This document shows, piece after piece, positions 1-7,409 of a stretch of DNA of 20,000 bases. Source of the stretch: an uncultured virus (IMG/VR IMGVR_UViG_3300032605_001371) (lineage: Duplodnaviria; Heunggongvirae; Uroviricota; Caudoviricetes); the IMG/VR virus record IMGVR_UViG_3300032605_001371, one strand, 5' to 3'. Within the stretch, counting starts at the first letter, position 1; each line of letters starts with the position of its first letter. A program made the position numbers and the translations under genes. The notes under the pieces are model-generated. The model was given only the letters and a program-made list of their open reading frames with translations. It was not told the DNA's origin and made no database searches.

Positions 1-1
1 A

Positions 2-346
2 AAAACTGGAGGAAATGGTGCTAGATATCTTGGTATTGGACCAAACACGCAGTATATCCAAGATCAAGTAACAATTAATATGAGATTGGTGTCTGTACAG
101 ACTGGAGAAGTACTTACTTCAGTATCTGTAGAAAAGAATCTATTGTCTACTTCTGAAGGCATTAGCGCATTTACTTTCTTTAATCAGGGAACTAATGCTT
201 TTGAAATAGATTCACAACAAACTAAGAATGAGCCGGAAAATTATGCTATTCGATCTGCCATAGAAACAGGTGTTGTTGAATTAATAAAGAGTGGTGAAAA
301 AATAGGGCTATGGCATTATAAAACCACACAGGAGAAACACAAATGA
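2..346 (+). CDS. csgG: Curli production/secretion outer-membrane lipoprotein CsgG-like, 5'-truncated by window edge
   Basis: Frame is open from base 2: KTGGNGARYLGIGPNTQYIQDQVTINMRLVSVQTGEVLTSVSVEKNLLS...NEPENYAIRSAIETGVVELIKSGEKIGLW. This matches the CsgG C-terminal pattern (GARYLGIG...DxVTxxLRxVSVxTGEVL...EP...AIExAV...G...W). The ORF-track start at 80 is an internal Met. Confidence 0.85.
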   Translation, partial: KTGGNGARYLGIGPNTQYIQDQVTINMRLVSVQTGEVLTSVSVEKNLLSTSEGISAFTFFNQGTNAFEIDSQQTKNEPENYAIRSAIETGVVELIKSGEKIGLWHYKTTQEKHK

Positions 347-1149
347 AACTATTAAAAACACTAGCAATAATGGCGATGCTATTTACTACACCAGCATTAG
401 CTCAAACTGCATCGCCAACTGGTCCCGCAACTCCAGCAACTGCGGCATTACCTGGTGCGCCATCAGCACCATCTATTATAGCAACTTCACCAAATCAAAA
501 TAATGCTGATAGTATGTCAACGACAAATGATGTTTATATTAATCAATCTGGTGATAATGTTAATATTAATATTAAACAAACTGGCCAGACAAATATCTTT
601 GGTACTTTTACAGATCCTGTATATTTGAGAGGAGCTAACCAATCTATTATTGGTATTCAAACTGGTAATAATAATGAAGCCCTAATCTCAGTTGTATCTG
701 GTACTGCTGGAACAGATAATGCTTCATTATCTCTTCAACAAATTGGAAATAGCAACTATGCTCTAATTCGTTGTGGAAGTAGTTTAGGCGACGCGAGTTG
801 TACCGGTCTAAACTTTAATGCTAGATTTACAGGTGATAGTAATTCTCTAAATTATCATGGTGCAGGTGCTAATATTACAACTACCCTTGATATTACTGGT
901 GGAAATAACTCATTAACAATGTCTGCAATTTCACCAAATGCTTCTCAAACAATCTTAGTATCTGGTGATTACAATACTTTAAATACTACACAAACAGACC
1001 TTGGTGGCACATATGGGCACAGTCTATATGTAAATCTAACAGGAACTGGAAATGCTATTACTACACAACAATATGGAGCTACTGAAACTGTTATTAATGT
1101 GACAAGTGTTGGAAATAATGGTAACATTAACATTAAGACTGGCCACTAG
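343..1149 (+). CDS. Secreted curlin-repeat (CsgA/CsgB-like) beta-solenoid protein
   Basis: Signal peptide (…TTPALA|Q), a Pro/Ala/Thr-rich linker, then repeated (Q/x)xGxxN units (INQSGDN, IKQTGQTN, IQTGNNN, QQIGNSN, FTGDSN, ITGGNN, VSGDYN, LTGTGN). Directly follows csgG, with GGAG RBS upstream. Confidence 0.7.
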   Translation: MKLLKTLAIMAMLFTTPALAQTASPTGPATPATAALPGAPSAPSIIATSPNQNNADSMSTTNDVYINQSGDNVNINIKQTGQTNIFGTFTDPVYLRGANQSIIGIQTGNNNEALISVVSGTAGTDNASLSLQQIGNSNYALIRCGSSLGDASCTGLNFNARFTGDSNSLNYHGAGANITTTLDITGGNNSLTMSAISPNASQTILVSGDYNTLNTTQTDLGGTYGHSLYVNLTGTGNAITTQQYGATETVINVTSVGNNGNINIKTGH

Positions 1150-2257
1150 TTTTTTTCTTCTGTTAGCTACTCCAGCTTTTGCTAGTATTGGTGCAATAAC
1201 AGATTTTAAAGGCGGCGGACAAATAAAACGTTCATCTTCTACTATACCGGCAAATAAAAGTTCAGGTATAGAGAAGATGGACACCATCATAACTAATAGT
1301 CAGGGTAAGTTTGGAATTACATTTAATGATCAGACTAAAGTTAACATTACTGAAAATAGTAAATTAGTCATTGATGATTTTGTATATGATGATAATGAGA
1401 AATCTAAAGGAAAACTTGGACTTAAAGTAGCTTTAGGAACAGTACGATATACCTCCGGAGCAATTGCTCACAACAATCCAAATTCAGTAGATATTAGAAC
1501 TCCAACTGCCACCATAGCTGTTCGTGGAACAGATTTCCTTATGTCTGTAGATGAAGTAGGAAGAACTACAGTAATTTTAGTTCCAGAATGCTTTATGAAT
1601 AATGGTGAGATTAGAATGGATAAAGAATGTGAAACTGGAGCTATTGAAGTAGCTACTGCTGCTGGAGTAGTTAAAATGGATAAACCATTCCAGGCTACAG
1701 TCGTAGAAACATCTTCTGGTCCCCCAAGCACTCCATCAGTAATTAGTATGGAAGGAAGATCGGCAGATAATAATATTCAACTTTCAACTCCTTCTCTTGA
1801 AGGAGGAGCTAATCTATTAACACAAGCTAGAAAAGATATTAAGAATAAAGTAAATCCAGCTGGGGCGGCCGCAGACAATAACCAAGATCCTAATACTGGA
1901 ACGGATGATTTAAATCAAGTGTTTGCTGCTCTTCAAAGAACTCCAACTCCGTCAGAATTATTACAAGTATATGAAGAATATAATTCTGATGCTCCATTAA
2001 AACAGACTTTATATACAGATATTTCTCCACTTTTGAAAAAACAAATTCAAATTGGTTGGGCATATTCTTTATTATCTCAAGCTAAACTAGAAGTTGTTAC
2101 TGTGGTTTTACCAAAAGCAACTGGTGTAGATATTACAACAATACAAGACGGATCTTATGATTATTATAACTTCTCTGAGCAGAAATGGCCAACATCAGGA
2201 ACCGGTAGACCAAATGGTCATATAACTATAATTCAAACTAATATAGCAAATAAATAA
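1118..2257 (+). CDS. Periplasmic FecR-domain protein with C-terminal extension
   Basis: Signal peptide (…LATPAFA|S); FecR motifs D-x-I-x-T…ITFNDQTKVNITENSKLVID…GTVRYTSG…IRTPTATIAVRGTDF. Start moved from the 1106 GTG to ATG 1118 (GGAA upstream). Confidence 0.8.
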   Translation: MVTLTLRLATSFFLLLATPAFASIGAITDFKGGGQIKRSSSTIPANKSSGIEKMDTIITNSQGKFGITFNDQTKVNITENSKLVIDDFVYDDNEKSKGKLGLKVALGTVRYTSGAIAHNNPNSVDIRTPTATIAVRGTDFLMSVDEVGRTTVILVPECFMNNGEIRMDKECETGAIEVATAAGVVKMDKPFQATVVETSSGPPSTPSVISMEGRSADNNIQLSTPSLEGGANLLTQARKDIKNKVNPAGAAADNNQDPNTGTDDLNQVFAALQRTPTPSELLQVYEEYNSDAPLKQTLYTDISPLLKKQIQIGWAYSLLSQAKLEVVTVVLPKATGVDITTIQDGSYDYYNFSEQKWPTSGTGRPNGHITIIQTNIANK

Positions 2258-2276
2258 TTAAAACGGGGATTATACT

Positions 2277-4313
2277 ATGAAAAAGATTCTTCTATCGCCT
2301 TGGCTTGCGATTATTACTTTTGCTCTATTACTTACTATTAAAATATCCAATCCATTTTTGGTAGATGCAATCAAATTAAAATACTATGATTATCTTATGC
2401 GTGGTCCAGCAAAACAGTCTGAACAGATTGTAATTGCAAATATATCAGATAAGACTATAGAGAAATATGGACAATATCCTTTTCCAAGAGAAACTTATTC
2501 TAAAATAATCAACGATTTGTATTTACATCGTGTTGGTGTAATTGGAAATACAATAATCTTTTCTGAACCAGATAGATTTAATACAGACAAAAATCTTACT
2601 GCTACTTTAAAACAGCATCCAATAATTTTATCTCAGACACTATCGACGCAATCTAAGCCAAATCAAAATATTCGTAAAACTGGTGTGGCTATAATTGGAG
2701 ATGGTAAAACTACACAGTTTTTGCCAAATTATCCTTCAGTTCTTAATAATATTTCAGAATTTCAAGATGCTGCTGTTGGTATTGGTGTAACTTCTACTTT
2801 ACCGGAATCTGATGGTGTTGTTCGCCGTGTACCTTTATTATCAATGTCTCAAGGTGAATACTATCCATCTTTTTCTATGGAAATGTTAAGAGCAATTTCC
2901 GGTGATCCATCTTATCAAGCTAAGATTAACGAGACTGGTGTGGAAGCTTTAAGAATTCCATCATTCAATACTATTAAAACAGATGAGTACTCTAGAGTAT
3001 TTGTGAACTGGAACTATAAGTTTACTCAATTTGATATTGGAGACAAAACTCCAGATTTGCTTAATAAAATTGTAATTCTTGGTGTAACTGCTTCAGGTGT
3101 GGCCAATCCAGTAGCTACTCCAGTTGGTGCACAATTTCCACAAGCAGTTCAAGCTAGTCTTCTTCAAACTCTAATTAATGGAGATACAGTTTCTATTCCA
3201 AACTGGGCTGGAATATTGGATTATGCACTTTTAGTAGTATTGGCTCTCGGAATCATTTTGTTATCTAAAGTAAGATTCTCTGTAGTTTGGATTATAGCTC
3301 TTATTGGTGTTTATCTTTACTTCCCCGTTTATATGTTTAATCATAATCATATTCTAATAGATGTAACATTTAATGCACTTATTGCAATGATACTTTATTT
3401 GCACATTTATACAATCAAGTTTATCTCAGAATTCTTACAGAAGCAACAAATCAAAAAGCAATTTGGAACTTATCTATCTCCAGCTATGGTTGAAAAATTA
3501 CAAAAGAATCCAGAACTATTACAACTTGGAGGTGATTCTAGAGAACTTTCTATTATGTTTACAGATGTTCGTGGATTTACTACTATTTCTGAACATTACG
3601 GCAAAGATGTTCAAGGTCTTACAAAGATCATGAATCGCTATATGACTGCGATGACAAAAGCAATTCTAGAGAACAACGGCACCCTCGATAAGTACATAGG
3701 TGATGCTCAGATGGCATTTTGGAATGCACCTCTTAGTAATCAACAACACGCTAAGGATGCTGTCAAGACGGCGTTTGAGATGATGAAGGCATTAGAGAGA
3801 TTTAACGATGAGATTACACTGGAAGGAGTCCCGGCTTTTGGAATGGGCCTCGGTATTAATACTGATACTGTGGTTGTTGGTAATATGGGTAGCACTCAGC
3901 GGTTTGACTATACTTGTCTTGGGGACGGCGTCAATCTTGCATCTCGCCTCGAAGGTCAATCTAAACCGTACGGGGTCAAAATCATCATCGGACCAAAAAC
4001 TGCCGAATACGTGAGAGATGAATATCAGGTAGTAGAACTTGATCTTATTGCAGTCAAAGGAAAAACTGAACCGGCTCGCATCTATACTGTCCTATCTTCA
4101 TATGATGCATCGGGAGAAAAACAACACTTGAGATTCTTGGATAGCTATCGTAAGGGTGAATGGGACTCTGCTAGAACATATGCTTCTAATATGAAGAAGT
4201 TCTGGAGCGGAGAGCTAAACAAGTACTACACGGAAATGATTGACCGTATAGAGGAATATGCTAAGAATCCACCAGTTAACTGGGATGGAGTGTATAGGGC
4301 AACTTCAAAGTAA
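2277..4313 (+). CDS. CHASE2-domain membrane adenylate cyclase (class III)
   Basis: N-terminal TM, CHASE2 motifs (YGQYPFPR, FSEPDR, DGVVRRVPL), three TM helices, then the cyclase domain FTDVRGFT, LDKYIGDAQMAFWNAP, GINTDTVVVGNMGS, DYTCLGDGVNLASRLEG. The Lys/Thr specificity pair indicates ATP as substrate (class IIIb). Confidence 0.93.
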   Translation: MKKILLSPWLAIITFALLLTIKISNPFLVDAIKLKYYDYLMRGPAKQSEQIVIANISDKTIEKYGQYPFPRETYSKIINDLYLHRVGVIGNTIIFSEPDRFNTDKNLTATLKQHPIILSQTLSTQSKPNQNIRKTGVAIIGDGKTTQFLPNYPSVLNNISEFQDAAVGIGVTSTLPESDGVVRRVPLLSMSQGEYYPSFSMEMLRAISGDPSYQAKINETGVEALRIPSFNTIKTDEYSRVFVNWNYKFTQFDIGDKTPDLLNKIVILGVTASGVANPVATPVGAQFPQAVQASLLQTLINGDTVSIPNWAGILDYALLVVLALGIILLSKVRFSVVWIIALIGVYLYFPVYMFNHNHILIDVTFNALIAMILYLHIYTIKFISEFLQKQQIKKQFGTYLSPAMVEKLQKNPELLQLGGDSRELSIMFTDVRGFTTISEHYGKDVQGLTKIMNRYMTAMTKAILENNGTLDKYIGDAQMAFWNAPLSNQQHAKDAVKTAFEMMKALERFNDEITLEGVPAFGMGLGINTDTVVVGNMGSTQRFDYTCLGDGVNLASRLEGQSKPYGVKIIIGPKTAEYVRDEYQVVELDLIAVKGKTEPARIYTVLSSYDASGEKQHLRFLDSYRKGEWDSARTYASNMKKFWSGELNKYYTEMIDRIEEYAKNPPVNWDGVYRATSK

Positions 4314-4352
4314 CTTACAATATGTTATATGTTTATAGTAGTGTTATACATA

Positions 4353-4359
4353 CTAAATA
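4353..4359 (+). promoter_or_regulatory. Putative T4-like late promoter (CTAAATA)
   Basis: Intergenic TAAATA core resembling the T4 late consensus TATAAATA; the same core recurs at 5088, 11300, 17030 and on the minus strand at 9978-9986 and 15405-15413. Confidence 0.45.
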
Positions 4360-4465
4360 TATATCTCAAGCTCCTTAATAGGTTCTTGTGGGTACCAATA
4401 TAAGACTTACACAGGTACCAATACACTGGCCTTAAAAGCCAGATTAACAAAAGGAAATACAATCT

Positions 4466-5026
4466 ATGAATAAGTTATTCTTGATCGCAGCACTTGCGGC
4501 GGCTGTTGCTACTCCGGCTCTTGCTGAATCTATCACCGGTGAAGTTCGTACTATTGATCCGCAACCTGCTAAGATAGCAAACTCAACTGAATATCGTCTA
4601 ACCTATAGTGAAACTGTTGCCAATATTGCTAATGTCGGCGCCGAGTTCACCGGGTCTCAACCGTATCATAACGGTACTCTAAACAGCAAGATCGTGCTGC
4701 AAGGCGGCCCTGCACTTCCCACAGTTGCAGGATTTACTCCTGCTGCTTATGGTGAGTATGGCCGTTCACTGAACACTAATAAGGACTTTAACTTCTGGGG
4801 ATACGGTGCTTCTGTTTCGCATGAAGTATACGGCCCGGTATCAGTAAACGTTGGTTATCGTCATCGTCAAGGACCTAACACTCCTACCTTTACAGAAGAT
4901 CGTCTTAACGGCGGTGTCGCTTTTGCTATCACCGAAGATAATATTGTAGGTGTAAATTACTATCGCACTCGTAGCAATAGTGTCACCTCTGACATCTTGG
5001 GTGTTAACTATACTCGCAACTTTTAA
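4466..5026 (+). CDS. Outer-membrane beta-barrel / porin-like protein
   Basis: Signal peptide (…ATPALA|E), alternating amphipathic beta strands, C-terminal Y-x-x-x-F (GVNYTRNF) BAM-type signal; AAGGA RBS. Confidence 0.7.
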   Translation: MNKLFLIAALAAAVATPALAESITGEVRTIDPQPAKIANSTEYRLTYSETVANIANVGAEFTGSQPYHNGTLNSKIVLQGGPALPTVAGFTPAAYGEYGRSLNTNKDFNFWGYGASVSHEVYGPVSVNVGYRHRQGPNTPTFTEDRLNGGVAFAITEDNIVGVNYYRTRSNSVTSDILGVNYTRNF

Positions 5027-5047
5027 TAAAACTTGAACTGATTAAAG

Positions 5048-5075
5048 TAACGGCGGGGAGCAATCTCCGCCGTTA
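5048..5075 (+). terminator. Hairpin, probable intrinsic terminator
   Basis: TAACGGCGGGGA-GCAA-TCTCCGCCGTTA: 12-bp stem (one G-U) with GCAA tetraloop just after the beta-barrel stop; the U-tract is weak. Confidence 0.65.
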
Positions 5076-5087
5076 TTCATATGTAAG

Positions 5088-5094
5088 ATAAATA
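5088..5094 (+). promoter_or_regulatory. Putative late promoter ATAAATA, possibly producing a leaderless mRNA
   Basis: ATAAATA ends 5 nt before ATG 5100, and no Shine-Dalgarno sequence is visible. Confidence 0.5.
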
Positions 5095-5099
5095 TATTC

Positions 5100-5675
5100 A
5101 TGATCGGAAATGAAATCATTCTAGAGTCTGCTGCTAGTGAGTTAGCCAAAAAGCTACCATCTTTAGAAAAGCACGACTATAACACTATTGACCAACTAAT
5201 GCGAAAGATTGCTGCTAAGCATCACATTACTGGTAAGGCCCTGCACGACCTTTTTGTGAAGCGATATAGCTCTACACCTGACAGTTGGATCAAAAATAAG
5301 TTAGATGAAACCGATGAAGAATTAAATATTCCCGAAGAAGTACAAAAGTTTGCAGAATGGGCTTCACGTAGAGTTCATCTAAAGAATCCCATTAAAGTAG
5401 ACCTCAGCTACGACACCGAAGAAGCTCAGCATAATCATCATACTGGCAGGCACACTGAAGGTGATCCCACGATCTGGGTTTATGCTAAGAACAGAAACCT
5501 AGTAGATATTCTTAGAACGGTATTCCATGAAATCGTACACTGTCGTCAAAGTGAACTAGGTATGATTAAGCCTGGTGACAGCTATCCTGGTAGCCCAATC
5601 GAAGCGATGGCCGACCTCTTAGCTGGCAAATACATTAAAATTTATGGTGAACGTCATCATTATATATTCCAATAA
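5100..5675 (+). CDS. Hypothetical phage protein with HExxH zinc-metallopeptidase-like motif
   Basis: 191-aa ORF; DILRTVFHEIVHCRQ followed by a downstream E (SPIEAMA), as in zincin-like domains. Confidence 0.6.
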   Translation: MIGNEIILESAASELAKKLPSLEKHDYNTIDQLMRKIAAKHHITGKALHDLFVKRYSSTPDSWIKNKLDETDEELNIPEEVQKFAEWASRRVHLKNPIKVDLSYDTEEAQHNHHTGRHTEGDPTIWVYAKNRNLVDILRTVFHEIVHCRQSELGMIKPGDSYPGSPIEAMADLLAGKYIKIYGERHHYIFQ

Positions 5676-5686
5676 TTGGTGTATAC

Positions 5687-6700
5687 ATGCGAGCAAATGA
5701 ATTTCTTATTGAATATGACAGAACAAAGACCGCCGCTACTTTGGGTGATAAGCTCATTCATGTTGCGTACGAAGATAACACCTATAGGACCTATAGGTCC
5801 GGAATAACACCATCTGATATTTTAGAAAAGATAGAGACTAAGGATCCAACTCCAAATAAAGAATATACTCAGTGGTTGGCTCGTATGTATGCCAAAGGCG
5901 GAGTACCGTTCGAAGACCTAAACAGAATGGATGTTTTAAGTTCATATAATATAGGCAAGAAGAGAAGACAAATTCAACCAGAAGACGCTGACATCAACAA
6001 ATTTAAAACATATAAAGAATTTGAAGATACCATGATGTCAAAGTATTCACAATTGAATACTGATCCGAAGGAGGTCAACAAAGGAAAATCTACTCTTTAT
6101 TTTGAAGATGATAATGTAAGAATAATCATACCAGAAGATGAGGCAGCAGCATGTTATTATGGTAGAGGCACGCGGTGGTGTACAGCAGCCACAAAGGGTG
6201 AAAATTATTTCAATCATTATAATACAAAAGGCAAGATATATATAATTCTATTCAAGAAATTTCCGAACAAGTGGCAGTTTCATTTTGAAACTGCCCAGTT
6301 TATGGATGAGGCTGATAATGAACTCGGTATAGAACAAGTAAGATCAGTCTCGCATTATTTTTCTAAAAAGATATGGAATGATGCGTTTATCAATCGTCCA
6401 GCTGAGATGTTAAAATACATAAAAAACCCAACTGAGAAACAAAAAATAGCAGCAGTTACGGATTCGGCATTGCTAGCTCTAGAATATATAAAAAATCCAA
6501 GTAATGCAGTTAAATTAGCAGCAATAACATCCGATCCTGAGATAATTCAATACATAGAAAACCCAACTGAACAAATGCAACTAGTTGCAGTTGAGTCTGA
6601 TGGATACCTTATTCGTTATATAAAAAATCCAAGTAATGCGGTTATGATGGCCGCGGTTAAAACTAATCCGATGTCTATGAAACGCTACATATATAGATAA
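5687..6700 (+). CDS. Hypothetical phage protein with YGxGTxWC domain and ~23-aa helical repeats, truncated by a frameshift
   Basis: AACYYGRGTRWCTAA motif, then tandem YI(K/E)NP(T/S)xxxxxAAV repeats that continue in another frame past the stop. Confidence 0.7.
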   Translation: MRANEFLIEYDRTKTAATLGDKLIHVAYEDNTYRTYRSGITPSDILEKIETKDPTPNKEYTQWLARMYAKGGVPFEDLNRMDVLSSYNIGKKRRQIQPEDADINKFKTYKEFEDTMMSKYSQLNTDPKEVNKGKSTLYFEDDNVRIIIPEDEAAACYYGRGTRWCTAATKGENYFNHYNTKGKIYIILFKKFPNKWQFHFETAQFMDEADNELGIEQVRSVSHYFSKKIWNDAFINRPAEMLKYIKNPTEKQKIAAVTDSALLALEYIKNPSNAVKLAAITSDPEIIQYIENPTEQMQLVAVESDGYLIRYIKNPSNAVMMAAVKTNPMSMKRYIYR

Positions 6701-7040
6701 TCCACCAGAAGAGGTTCAACTGGCTGCGGTCCGAAGAGACATACGTGCATTTATATATATAAAAAATCCTACCGAAAAAGTACAATTTGAAACAGTTTCT
6801 AAAAATGGATTCCTTATAAGGGATATCACAAATCCTTCAGCCCAAATACAACTTGCGGCGGTAACTGATGCGGCGTCCGCAATACGATTTATACAAAACC
6901 CAACCGAACAAGCACAAATTATTAACTCTGAAACGTACCATATTCAGAATATAAAAAACCCCACCGAAAAAGTACAATTGGCTGCTGTTCGAAGAGACAT
7001 GCGTGCATTTGACCTTATAAAAAACCCAACAGACAAAGTT
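6415..7040 (+). repeat. Degenerate coding tandem repeat (~69 bp unit; ATAAAAAA(T/C)CC core)
   Basis: About 10 units encoding (Y/F/N/L)I(K/E/D/T/Q)NP; near-identical pairs such as ATAAAAAATCCAAGTAATGC (twice) and CGAAGAGACAT-CGTGCATTT (twice). Confidence 0.75.
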
Positions 7041-7073
7041 AAAGCTTTGGTTGCTAAACTAAAAGCAAAGTAA
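6690..7073 (+). pseudogene. Out-of-frame continuation of the repeat protein (about 127 codons, no start codon of its own)
   Basis: Translated by hand: YIDNPPEEVQLAAVRRDIRAFIYIKNPTEKVQFETVSKNGFLIRDITNPSAQIQLAAVTDAASAIRFIQNPTEQAQ…IKNPTEKVQLAAVRRDMRAFDLIKNPTDKVKALVAKLKAK*, stop TAA 7071-7073. Confidence 0.8.
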
Positions 7074-7098
7074 TATACAGTACATCCTCCCAAAACAA

Positions 7099-7127
7099 TT
7101 GAACTATACTTGTAAGTACTATATACT
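7099..7127 (+). promoter_or_regulatory. Sigma70-like promoter for the replication operon
   Basis: TTGAAC-17 bp-TATACT, followed by AAGGAG RBS and ATG 7152. Confidence 0.65.
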
Positions 7128-7151
7128 TCACAAGACATAGAAGGAGTATAC

Positions 7152-7409
7152 ATGTCTAGAGTATTCAACACTGACGCAAAGATTAAGTTGACCCAACTGG
7201 TTAACGAGGGCTTAGGTGTCCTACAAGAAATTGAAACTCTTAATGAAGGTCTAAACGACACCATTAAGGCAATCGCAGAAGAACTAGAAATAAAGCCAGC
7301 CATTCTTAAGAAGGCTATCAAGGTTGCACAGAAGCAGCGCCTCGCACAAACTAACGAGGAAAATGAGGAACTCAATACCATTTTGGAGACTGTTGGTCGA
7401 GCTAATTAA
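7152..7409 (+). CDS. Small dsDNA-binding protein (T4 DsbA / GapR-DUF2312-like)
   Basis: 85-aa helical protein (EIETLNEGLNDTIKAIAEELEIKPAILKKAIKVA) with strong RBS; stop overlaps the polB start (TAATG). Family call from recalled pattern only. Confidence 0.55.
   Translation: MSRVFNTDAKIKLTQLVNEGLGVLQEIETLNEGLNDTIKAIAEELEIKPAILKKAIKVAQKQRLAQTNEENEELNTILETVGRAN

Noticed and set aside
6415..7040. CRISPR-like array of ~69-bp periodic repeats
   Set aside because: The repeats are degenerate at synonymous positions and encode a protein repeat; no constant repeat/unique spacer structure and no cas genes.
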